From assembly GCA_964516745.1 (NCBI GenBank), contig CAZEYD010000001.1:101047-165046 (forward strand): DNA of 64,000 nucleotides, given 5' to 3'. Source of the DNA: Candidatus Woesearchaeota archaeon (GTDB lineage Archaea > Nanobdellota > Nanobdellia > Pacearchaeales > GW2011-AR1). Shown here piece after piece: positions 1-7,322 of the stretch. The translations under genes and the position numbers were made by a program. The stretch's first letter is position 1, and the number at the start of each line of letters is the position of its first letter. Below the pieces are notes generated by a model. The model made no database searches. It was not told where the DNA came from and worked only from the letters and a program-made list of their open reading frames with translations.

Positions 1-370
1 TTAAATTAATACCCTCTTTTAATTTTGATACTAATTTGGTATTATCGTTATATGATCTTAACCAAAAAGTTCCGGGAACATAGTTTTTACCTAAAGCTAA
101 ATATCCATCCTTAATTCCATAATCTTCCACAATAGAGGGCACAATAGAAAGACTAGACAATCTTTTCAAAGCATCTACTTCTTTAAGAAGACCATCAAAA
201 TAATTACTATTCTCTTTAACAGGAGTAAATTTCATTACAAAATCTTTGCCAGAACCTTTTCTTACCCGATATACAGGCACACATGAAGGACATAATTTAG
301 AAATGATTTCTAAATTACTATCAAAATTATCGATAATTTCTCTATCTTTCTCATCAATTTTAATTTCCAT
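1..370 (-). CDS. Protein-kinase-like (ePK/APH-type phosphotransferase fold) protein, N-terminal 123 aa only; 3' end outside window
   Basis: Not in the ORF track because there is no stop in the window. ATG at 370-368. My translation is MEIKIDEKDREIIDNFDSNLEIISKLCPSCVPVYRVRKGSGKDFVMKFTPVKENSNYFDGLLKEVDALKRLSSLSIVPSIVEDYGIKDGYLALGKNYVPGTFW... RKGSGKDFVMKF (Gly-loop then Lys strand) is followed by an E-containing helix (LLKEVDALKRL), which is the kinase N-lobe order. Confidence 0.4.
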   Translation of the reverse strand, partial: MEIKIDEKDREIIDNFDSNLEIISKLCPSCVPVYRVRKGSGKDFVMKFTPVKENSNYFDGLLKEVDALKRLSSLSIVPSIVEDYGIKDGYLALGKNYVPGTFWLRSYNDNTKLVSKLKEGINL

Positions 371-446
371 AAAATAAAAAATAAAAGCAAACTTAAAAAC
401 CCTTCGGTCTGTAATCACTCTATAGTGACTCTATTGCCTCCAGACT

Positions 447-489
447 ATTTTTCTTTTTCCAAGGCTTTTATTTTTCTAAAAGAAAAGGC
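447..489 (-). terminator. Conserved hairpin / oligo-U terminator-like element, copy 1 (directly after the ParA/MinD stop)
   Basis: Minus-strand reading after TAA: GCCTTTTCTTTTAGAAAAATAAAAGCCTTGGAAAAAGAAAAAT. It has a U-rich 5' arm, an A-rich 3' arm, then TTGGAAAAAGAAA. The architecture matches 14434-14475 and 27981-28026. Confidence 0.5.
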
Positions 490-1287
490 TTAAACAATCT
501 GACTCTCATACAACTTCTGTCTATACATATCTCTATTCACTTTCTCTTTAGAAATCGTCGTAAGAAGCTTTTTAGTAACACTATTTTGGAACTCAGATTC
601 ACCACATAAACACGAAGCAAACCTACTAATCTCTTTAGACATATGGTCATTAGGAGCATGTATACCAACAGGTTTTTTGAAATGCGTTGACACAATTACC
701 TTCTTACTATCTTTAATCTTCGCCATAACGGGCATCTCATATAACTCTTCAATCTCAGCTAAATTATACTCATGCCTAGGAGAACGAATTTTATTAACAA
801 CAACACCCTCAACAGGAGTGTTCTCAGCCTTCGCAAGAACAGCAGCCTTAAGCGAAGTCTCCAAAGTAACATGATCAGGGGAAGTTACAACAAAAACCTT
901 ATCAGCCGCGTTAATAACTGGTTTCAATTCTTCATAATTCGGAGAAGAATCAATAATAATAAAATCATATCTAGGCTTAAATTTCTCTAAAATCTTTTTC
1001 AATTTAAATACATCAACACTATCATGAAAATACATAGAAGCAGGAACAACATCAACACCAAACGCCTCATAAATAGAATTGTGTAAAGGAGTATCTAATA
1101 AAACATCATGCAAAGTAAAATCGCTAGTCAAGTCCAAATAAAGTCCAACATTAGGAGCAGAAAAATTAGCATCCACAAGTAACACTCTTTTATTATAATT
1201 ATTCGCAAGAGCACTAGCCGTCTCTAAAGCCATAGTAGTTTTACCCACACCTCCCTTAATAGATACAAACGCAATTATTTCAGCCAT
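490..1287 (-). CDS. ParA/MinD-family P-loop ATPase
   Basis: N-terminus MAEIIAFVSIKGGVGKTT carries the deviant Walker A KGGxGKT. LLVDAN and IIIDSSP are the Walker A'/B-like strands. GAGGTGA lies 5 nt upstream of the ATG. Confidence 0.85.
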   Translation of the reverse strand: MAEIIAFVSIKGGVGKTTMALETASALANNYNKRVLLVDANFSAPNVGLYLDLTSDFTLHDVLLDTPLHNSIYEAFGVDVVPASMYFHDSVDVFKLKKILEKFKPRYDFIIIDSSPNYEELKPVINAADKVFVVTSPDHVTLETSLKAAVLAKAENTPVEGVVVNKIRSPRHEYNLAEIEELYEMPVMAKIKDSKKVIVSTHFKKPVGIHAPNDHMSKEISRFASCLCGESEFQNSVTKKLLTTISKEKVNRDMYRQKLYESQIV

Positions 1288-1490
1288 CTTTCACCTCTAT
1301 TATAAAATATATAATATAATATATAAAGCTTTACAAAAACAAATATATACCCTCTAAATTATCATATAAATCTTAACAAAATTAATTTATATGCAATATT
1401 ATGAAAAAATCTTAACAAATAAATATTCACAAGTTTAGTCACAAGAAAGTAGATTGAAGTAATCAATAATAAAAAACATTAAAGCAAAAA

Positions 1491-1499
1491 CTTTTAAAG
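1491..1499 (+). promoter_or_regulatory. TATA-like box (CTTTTAAAG) 29 nt upstream of the eS27 ATG; implies a leaderless mRNA
   Basis: Same motif class and spacing as at 2094, 2064(-), 29286(-) and 32777(-). No SD lies between box and ATG. Confidence 0.4.
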
Positions 1500-1519
1500 C
1501 AAAATATCTCCAAAGTTGT

Positions 1520-1699
1520 ATGACAAACAAAGAAAAAGCAAAATTTGTAAAAATCAAATGTTCTAAATGCAAGAATACACAAGTAATCTTCGGACGAGCA
1601 AGCAATAAAGTAAAGTGCTTAGAATGTGGCGGAATAGTAGCTTTACCAAGTGGTGGAAATGCTAAAATCAGAGCACGAGTCGAAGAAGTTTTACAATAA
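1520..1699 (+). CDS. rps27e: Ribosomal protein eS27 (S27e), 59 aa
   Basis: Below the ORF-track length cutoff; translated by hand as MTNKEKAKFVKIKCSKCKNTQVIFGRASNKVKCLECGGIVALPSGGNAKIRARVEEVLQ. It has the C4 zinc ribbon CxxC-15-CxxC and the PSGGKA-like tail typical of archaeal S27e. It lies next to rpl44e, as in many archaea. Confidence 0.85.
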   Translation: MTNKEKAKFVKIKCSKCKNTQVIFGRASNKVKCLECGGIVALPSGGNAKIRARVEEVLQ

Positions 1700-1744
1700 A
1701 TTCTATAAGATTTTAAAAATAATTATATCATCATATCTCAAGTA

Positions 1745-2035
1745 TCAGATTTCGAATATCACGTCTTTTCCAATCTTACCACCTTTAACCTTACCCCAAT
1801 TATCATCCAATCTCTCAAACTTCAAATCTGCAAAATCAATCTTAGCCAAATGACATAATTCAACAAAAACCTCCTCGGGCAACAATCTCCTCTCAATGTA
1901 ATAATTTTTCAACGCACTTAACGAACAATCAATTCCAAATTGCAACAAAGAAACAATATTCGGAGTATCTAGCTTCTCACAACACAAATTCAAAAACATT
2001 CTCTGTCTTCCCCTCTCAAATCTAATCCTAACCAT
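1745..2035 (-). CDS. Hypothetical small protein (possible HTH)
   Basis: 96-aa ORF with a TATA-like box (TTATAAAG) 28-29 nt upstream of its ATG. No family recognised. Confidence 0.4.
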   Translation of the reverse strand: MVRIRFERGRQRMFLNLCCEKLDTPNIVSLLQFGIDCSLSALKNYYIERRLLPEEVFVELCHLAKIDFADLKFERLDDNWGKVKGGKIGKDVIFEI

Positions 2036-2055
2036 AAAACAAAAAACAAAACAAA

Positions 2056-2064
2056 CTTTATAAC
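2056..2064 (-). promoter_or_regulatory. TATA-like box for the 1745-2035 gene (GTTATAAAG on minus strand)
   Basis: Located 29 nt upstream of the ATG at 2035, divergent from the rpl44e box. Confidence 0.35.
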
Positions 2065-2093
2065 GTTAACTGCGACACCTTATTACCCCAAAA

Positions 2094-2102
2094 CTTTAAA
2101 AA
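2094..2102 (+). promoter_or_regulatory. TATA-like box (CTTTAAAAA) 30 nt upstream of the rpl44e ATG
   Basis: AAACTTTAAAAAGG with no SD. The spacing is identical to the eS27 and Fic boxes. Confidence 0.4.
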
Positions 2103-2123
2103 GGTTTTTTTCAAAACATTAAT

Positions 2124-2426
2124 ATGAAGAAGCCAAAAAAAATGCAAAGATACTGTCCATATTGTAAAAAAAAGACAGAACAAAAATTGAAAGAACCAAG
2201 TAAGAATAAGGCTAGTAGCTTTAAGCGTGGTGGGAAAGCTAGAGTTCGATTAAGAGGACTGTGGAGAGGAATAGGAAATCAGGGAAGATATTCTCGTATG
2301 AAAAATCAACAGAAACAAAATAGAAAAACTACTAAAAAAACAAATATAATGTATATATGTCAAGAATGTGGAAAGGCAAAATATCAAAAAAAAGGAGTAA
2401 GAACTAGCAAACTAGTATTAGAATAA
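2124..2426 (+). CDS. rpl44e: Ribosomal protein eL42 (L44e)
   Basis: MKKPKKMQRYCPYCKKKTEQK...YICQECGKA forms a split C4 zinc ribbon. The central part is very basic (GGKARVRLRGLWRGIGNQGRY). Size is about 100 aa. Confidence 0.9.
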   Translation: MKKPKKMQRYCPYCKKKTEQKLKEPSKNKASSFKRGGKARVRLRGLWRGIGNQGRYSRMKNQQKQNRKTTKKTNIMYICQECGKAKYQKKGVRTSKLVLE

Positions 2427-2427
2427 G

Positions 2428-3174
2428 ATGGCAGAAAAAAAGAAATTCATAAATATTGATGCTCCGTTGTTACATACAACAATAGAGGCACTGGGAACAC
2501 CTGTTTCATTGCATAATAAAACAATAAAGTTAGACCTATCAAGAAAATTACGTGGGAAGGGACTAACCGCAACATTCCAAATAATAAATATTGACAACAA
2601 ACTAATTGCTGTCCCAAAAAGATACGAACTATCAACATCTTATGTAAGAAGAATAATGAGAAAAAGAGCAGATTATGTAGAAGATTCATTTAAGACACAA
2701 ACACAAGACAACATAACAGTCTCGATAAAACCATTATTAATTACAAGAAAAAGAGTTTCCAGAGTAGTAAGGAAAAGATTAAGAGAAGTCAGCAAAGAAT
2801 CAATTTTAGAATATGTAAAAACTAAAACATATATGGAATTATCAGAATCAATTCTTAATTCAGATTTACAAAAAATAATGTTACCTAAATTAAAAAAGAT
2901 ATATCCATTAGCATTTTGTGATTTGCGAGTATTTGAAACTACTGAAATTTCTAAATTGGATTTAGAAACATTAAATACAGCTATCGAAGAAGAAGAAAAA
3001 GTTGAATTTAAAGATGAAAAAGACATTCAAGATGAGGAAGATAAAGACATTCAAGATGAGGAAGATATTCAAGGCGACGAAGAAGAGATTAAAGAAGAAA
3101 ACATCCAAGACGAAGAAAAAGAAACTAAGGAATTAAACGAGGAAGATAAAGATGCCAACAAAGAACAAGCCTAA
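2428..3174 (+). CDS. rps3ae: Ribosomal protein eS1 (S3Ae) with an unusual acidic C-terminal extension
   Basis: Starts 2 nt after the rpl44e stop. FINIDAPLL...LRGKGLTATFQI...YVRRIMRKRADYVEDSF...ITRKRVSRVVRKRLREV matches the S3Ae pattern. The last ~65 aa are D/E/K-rich. Confidence 0.85.
   Translation: MAEKKKFINIDAPLLHTTIEALGTPVSLHNKTIKLDLSRKLRGKGLTATFQIINIDNKLIAVPKRYELSTSYVRRIMRKRADYVEDSFKTQTQDNITVSIKPLLITRKRVSRVVRKRLREVSKESILEYVKTKTYMELSESILNSDLQKIMLPKLKKIYPLAFCDLRVFETTEISKLDLETLNTAIEEEEKVEFKDEKDIQDEEDKDIQDEEDIQGDEEEIKEENIQDEEKETKELNEEDKDANKEQA
3019..3066 (+). repeat. Perfect 24-nt tandem duplication (AAAGACATTCAAGATGAGGAAGAT x2, plus a partial third unit) inside the eS1 acidic tail
   Basis: Read directly. 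It encodes KDIQDEED KDIQDEED IQGDEEE. Confidence 0.8.
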
Positions 3175-3301
3175 AAGATTTAAACGAAATAGGAGTTGGA
3201 GAGTAGCAAGAAGAAAATTGAGAATCGATAGATTAATAAAAGGAACAGGTAGAAACCGAAAGCCTAGACCAAAAAATAAAGAGAAATCTGAACTATATTA
3301 A
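3152..3301 (+). CDS. Small very basic protein, 49 aa (possible ribosomal or RNA-binding protein; family not recognised)
   Basis: Hand translation: MPTKNKPKRFKRNRSWRVARRKLRIDRLIKGTGRNRKPRPKNKEKSELY. Its ATG overlaps the last 23 nt of rps3ae, and its TAA abuts the ndk ATG (TAAATG). The tight packing argues it is real. Confidence 0.35.
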   Translation: MPTKNKPKRFKRNRSWRVARRKLRIDRLIKGTGRNRKPRPKNKEKSELY

Positions 3302-3793
3302 ATGATAGAACAAACATTAGTATTAATTAAACCAGACGGAGTCGCAAGAGGACTAACAGGAGAAATCATAAAGCGATTTGAACAACGAGGGTTAAAAATC
3401 GTTGGAATGAAAATGGTTGAAGTAAGAGAAGATTTCGCGAAAAAACATTATACAAATGATATCATAGAACGAAGAGGACAAAATGTTTACGATTGGTTGT
3501 TAGATTATATAACAGGAGGACCAATAATTGCCATGATCATTCAAGGAGTAAATGCAATTGAAAATGTAAGAAAATTAACAGGAGCAACAGAATCAAAATC
3601 AGCATTACCAGGAACAATTAGAGGAGACTATTCACACATGAGTTTTAATTATGCAGACAATAAAAAAATGATCATGAAAAATTTAGTACATGCATCAGCA
3701 GACAAAGAAGATGCAAAGAGAGAATTAGCATTATGGTTTTCAATTGACGAAATCCACAATTACAAACGAAGCGGCGACGAACATCTTATTTAA
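3302..3793 (+). CDS. ndk: Nucleoside diphosphate kinase
   Basis: MIEQTLVLIKPDGVARGL..EIIKRFEQRGLKIVGMK...PGTIRGDY...NLVHASA(D) is the canonical NDK motif order, including the catalytic His. Confidence 0.93.
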   Translation: MIEQTLVLIKPDGVARGLTGEIIKRFEQRGLKIVGMKMVEVREDFAKKHYTNDIIERRGQNVYDWLLDYITGGPIIAMIIQGVNAIENVRKLTGATESKSALPGTIRGDYSHMSFNYADNKKMIMKNLVHASADKEDAKRELALWFSIDEIHNYKRSGDEHLI

Positions 3794-3951
3794 GATTTTA
3801 GAAAATCTTATTTTTTTATATAATTAAAATATATAAAATTAGTCAATCTTCATCTTTTATAAAGATAATTGTAATAAAAAAAACAATGCTAAATCTTCAT
3901 GGAGTTAATTGCATCATTTAAATGGAAACTCAAAGCACAAAAGGGTGGGTC

Positions 3952-3971
3952 TTCACAAATTTATTTGTGAA
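3952..3971. terminator. Perfect 8-bp hairpin (TTCACAAA-TTTA-TTTGTGAA) between convergent ndk and ybjQ
   Basis: Read directly. It is flanked by GGGTGGGTC and CAGTGGGTATC. Confidence 0.4.
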
Positions 3972-4007
3972 ACAGTGGGTATCTTGCAATTAACGATAAA
4001 CAAAAAC

Positions 4008-4337
4008 CTACTTCAACTTAACTGCAGTCCCATACGCCAACATCTCCGACGCACCTTGCATAACAACCGACGTAGCAAATCTAACACCAATAACAGCATC
4101 AGCTTTCAACTCAACAGCCTCATTAATCATACGATTAAACGCCTCCTCTCTAGCCAAAGTAGTCATCTGAGTATAGGTCTTCACCTCACCACCAACCAAA
4201 TTCTTCAAACTAGCAACGAAATCAACACCAACATTCCTCACACGAATAGTATTTCCCTTAACAATACCTAAAACACTAACAACCTTCTTCCCAGGAACTT
4301 CATTAGAAGTAGTTGTCAAAATCTTTCCATCTTTCAT
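4008..4337 (-). CDS. ybjQ: YbjQ/UPF0145-family protein
   Basis: GIVKGNTIRVRNVGVDFVASLKNLVGGEVKTYTQMTTLAREEAFNRMINEAVELKADAVIGVRFATS...MLAYGTAVKL is collinear with the YbjQ family signature. Confidence 0.85.
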   Translation of the reverse strand: MKDGKILTTTSNEVPGKKVVSVLGIVKGNTIRVRNVGVDFVASLKNLVGGEVKTYTQMTTLAREEAFNRMINEAVELKADAVIGVRFATSVVMQGASEMLAYGTAVKLK

Positions 4338-4513
4338 TTTTTATTACCTCCTTTTTTTATATCTAATCTTTCTTCAATATTATTTTCACGCTTCCCAACA
4401 ACAAGTAATGTAATGCCTAAAAATAATAAACCAAAACCTAACCACGGAGATCTAAAAAATCCGAAAATACTTCCAATAATACAAACAATGCCAGTAACCT
4501 CTCCTGAATTCAT
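4334..4513 (-). CDS. Small membrane protein, 59 aa, translationally coupled to ybjQ
   Basis: Below the ORF-track cutoff. Hand translation: MNSGEVTGIVCIIGSIFGFFRSPWLGFGLLFLGITLLVVGKRENNIEERLDIKKGGNKK, with two hydrophobic helices. Its TGA overlaps the ybjQ ATG (ATGA). Confidence 0.5.
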   Translation of the reverse strand: MNSGEVTGIVCIIGSIFGFFRSPWLGFGLLFLGITLLVVGKRENNIEERLDIKKGGNKK

Positions 4514-4656
4514 ACAATAATAAATAAAACAACCTTTTTAATATCTCTGGTGTTTAAAAATCATATCAAAAGCTAAATCATATGTTCTGAAACCTTTTGC
4601 GAGTTTTTTAATATTTTCTCCTGTATAGCTACAATACAATATACATAACAAAATAT

Positions 4657-5562
4657 TTACTTTTTCTTATTATCTGTTTTTTTATTAAATTTCAGAAACC
4701 ACAACAAATTCATAACAACCAAAACTACAACAACTAAAACTACAGCCACGACAAGACCATCGCCATTATTTTTACTTCCTCTATTATCACTACTAACAGA
4801 ATAGGCCAAACCTAACACCTGCAATTCATCGACATCAACAATAAATTCTAATTCATTTTCTATTTTATTTATGCTATATTCAAGAGTTATATTTACATCA
4901 TAAGAACCCACCTCAACATCACCACTATCCCAAAAAAATGGAATAACCTGTTTACTAAACGGTGCTATATTATAACTAGATGAAAGAACTTTATCAACCA
5001 AAACTCCATTTTTATCAAAAATTTCCAACACTCCACGAATACCACTAACCGGCTCACTCCATTTATTTTCTAAAAGCATATCTACTTTCACAATTTTTCC
5101 CAAATTAAAATCACTAGAATAAATATCTTGCAATTCGATAAAAGATTTACCAACTTTAAATTCTTCTTCTAAATTTAAAACACCCTCGTCATAAACAAAT
5201 GTAACCTTAGCCTTATAATTTCCAATAAGAACATCAGCCTTCCACCGAGATACAATATCGACCTTTTCACCAAAAGGAGCAATATATTCATCACTTTTAA
5301 AATTAGCAATTTCTTCACCCAATTCACTATAAATACTAATATTAGCAAAAACATCTTCTAAACCAAGTTCCTTACGGGAAACAATAGAAAGAATAATTAC
5401 AGCCTCACCGCCAACCTCAGCATTGATAATTTCCAATTTTGAATCTAAACATCCCATCTCTTTAAAATCGCAATCATCAGCAAAAACCAAAGAAAAACAT
5501 CCAATAAAAAATAACGCGAAACAAAACAAACTTATTTTTTTCATATTAAATAATATAACCAT
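4657..5562 (-). CDS. Membrane-anchored surface protein (signal peptide, beta-sandwich-like region, C-terminal TM plus basic tail); paralog of the C-terminal 2/3 of 5582-6793
   Basis: N-terminal hydrophobic MKKISLFCFALFFIGCFSLVFA. C-terminus GLVVAVVLVVVVLVVMNLLWFLKFNKKTDNKKK. Long collinear similarity to the neighbour (NAEVGG.AV...WKADV..GNYKA.V...FIELQD.Y..DF.LG.IVKVDMLLENKWSEP). The start may instead be the ATG at 5544. Confidence 0.7.
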   Translation of the reverse strand: MVILFNMKKISLFCFALFFIGCFSLVFADDCDFKEMGCLDSKLEIINAEVGGEAVIILSIVSRKELGLEDVFANISIYSELGEEIANFKSDEYIAPFGEKVDIVSRWKADVLIGNYKAKVTFVYDEGVLNLEEEFKVGKSFIELQDIYSSDFNLGKIVKVDMLLENKWSEPVSGIRGVLEIFDKNGVLVDKVLSSSYNIAPFSKQVIPFFWDSGDVEVGSYDVNITLEYSINKIENELEFIVDVDELQVLGLAYSVSSDNRGSKNNGDGLVVAVVLVVVVLVVMNLLWFLKFNKKTDNKKK

Positions 5563-5581
5563 ATATTTTTAACCTCTTCGG

Positions 5582-6793
5582 TTATCTTTTCTTTTTCATC
5601 ATCTTTCTGAAAATTAAGAACCACAATAAATTTACCATCACCAACAAACCAACTATAATCAATAGAATTGTCACCATCCCATTATTTCCACTAGATTTTG
5701 TACTTCGTTTATCACTACTTATAACATAACCCAAACCTATCACTTGTAACTCATCGCTACTAACTATTAGTTCTAATTCACTATCAACTTTATTCTCACC
5801 GTATTCTAATGTTACAGTTGTATCATACGACCCTTCGCCGACACCAGCAGTATCCCAGAATGAAGAGACAACCTGTTTACTCAATGGCTCGATATCGTAA
5901 CTAGCAGATGATATTTCATCTAGTAACATTCCTCCCTCACTGAAAATTTCCATAACACTATGAACTCCAATAATAGGTTCACTCCATTTATTTTCCAAAA
6001 GCATATCTACTTTCACAATTTCACCCAAACTAAAATCATTAACATATAAATCTTGCAACTCAATAAAAGCTTCACCAACTTTGAATTCGTCCTCTAAATT
6101 TATAATTTTACCATCATAAATTAAAGCAACCCTAGCCTTATAATTACCAACGGGAACATCCGCTTTCCAATTATAAACAATATCTATCTTTTCACCAGAA
6201 GCTATACTATAACTTTCCGTATTAAAACTATCAATCTTCTTATTCATATCATCATAAACATCAATATTTGCATAAACATCAACCAAATCAAATTCACCAC
6301 GAGAAATAACGGGTATAATAAATACAGCATCTCCACCGACTTCAGCATTAACAATATTTAATTTAGCATCTGCATATTTTCCAGGATATGGAACATAGAC
6401 ATAAACCTGAGTAACAACAGCTAAAGTAGCTCCTACCGAATTAGATGCACCAATAATATCATCAACAGGTTCACTAATAACAATTTCACCAATGTGTAAC
6501 CCAGGACCTAATTCTTTCGGCAAGTTTAAATGATAAAAAACCTCAATCATATCATCACTACTAAGAATCTTCAAATTTTGTTTTTCTAAACTAATATATT
6601 TTGCCAAATCTCCTCTCACACTAATATCCAATTTCATTTCCTTAGCTTCAGAATTAATTACTTTAAAAGTATATTTTGTATTTGTATTAGATGTAAAATC
6701 CAATGTATTTCTAGCAGGAGTTACACCAAGAGCATAAACACTACTAATTAAAAATAAACATGCAAACATCAAAATAATTATTTTCTTATTCAT
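5582..6793 (-). CDS. Membrane-anchored surface protein (signal peptide, extra N-terminal beta domain, C-terminal TM plus basic tail)
   Basis: MNKKIIILMFACLFLISSVYALG signal. C-terminus MVTILLIIVGLLVMVNLLWFLIFRKMMKKKR. Tandem paralog of 4657-5562. Confidence 0.7.
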   Translation of the reverse strand: MNKKIIILMFACLFLISSVYALGVTPARNTLDFTSNTNTKYTFKVINSEAKEMKLDISVRGDLAKYISLEKQNLKILSSDDMIEVFYHLNLPKELGPGLHIGEIVISEPVDDIIGASNSVGATLAVVTQVYVYVPYPGKYADAKLNIVNAEVGGDAVFIIPVISRGEFDLVDVYANIDVYDDMNKKIDSFNTESYSIASGEKIDIVYNWKADVPVGNYKARVALIYDGKIINLEDEFKVGEAFIELQDLYVNDFSLGEIVKVDMLLENKWSEPIIGVHSVMEIFSEGGMLLDEISSASYDIEPLSKQVVSSFWDTAGVGEGSYDTTVTLEYGENKVDSELELIVSSDELQVIGLGYVISSDKRSTKSSGNNGMVTILLIIVGLLVMVNLLWFLIFRKMMKKKR

Positions 6794-7322
6794 CTAAACC
6801 TCCAACATATTTATTATCATCCGCAACACTTCTCTCACTAGGATCTAAACTAATATTTTCTAGAAACTTACTTTTATTATTATAAACTTCAATATTCAAA
6901 CGAACACTACCAGCATTAACAACATCATACCCATCTTTATTCTCTACTAATTCCAAAACAACAGCGTCCTTAATAGTCAATGTTCTAATCTCACTCTCTC
7001 TTATACCAACAACCTTCCAATAATAAACACCAGGTTCAAAAGATAATTTGAAGTTCTTTCGCAAATTAAATTCGTCTGGATCGCTAAAATTCATATTATC
7101 ATCTATCAAAAGTTTATCAGCACTCTTTATAGAAAACAATATTTCAGAACTCGTAGATTCATAATCATCAATTGGAGAAATAACTAATGGAGTAGAATAT
7201 CCTATCAAATATGCAACTGCCAATAAACTTCCAATTATAAAAATCATGTCTAAAACTATAACTGATTTTCGATGCCCGATATCTGATGTCTGACTTCCGA
7301 TGCCCAATGTCCGATTTTTCAT
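6786..7322 (-). CDS. N-terminally anchored membrane protein, 178 aa
   Basis: TM helix VIVLDMIFIIGSLLAVAYLIGY after a 20-aa polar head. Its ATG overlaps the giant gene stop by 1 nt (TAATG), and its 3' end overlaps the next ATG by 8 nt. Confidence 0.6.
   Translation of the reverse strand: MKNRTLGIGSQTSDIGHRKSVIVLDMIFIIGSLLAVAYLIGYSTPLVISPIDDYESTSSEILFSIKSADKLLIDDNMNFSDPDEFNLRKNFKLSFEPGVYYWKVVGIRESEIRTLTIKDAVVLELVENKDGYDVVNAGSVRLNIEVYNNKSKFLENISLDPSERSVADDNKYVGGLDE

Noticed and set aside
677-990. Plus-strand ORFs 677-874 and 772-990.
   Set aside because: Antisense to the well-supported ParA/MinD gene. No motifs.
1650-1853. Plus-strand 67-aa ORF.
   Set aside because: It starts inside rps27e in another frame and runs antisense into the 1745-2035 gene. 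Low complexity.
2418-3026. Minus-strand ORFs 2418-2600, 2447-2689 and 2673-3026.
   Set aside because: Antisense to rps3ae.
3909-4271. Plus-strand 120-aa ORF.
   Set aside because: Antisense to the clearly recognisable ybjQ gene. Its sequence is low-complexity.
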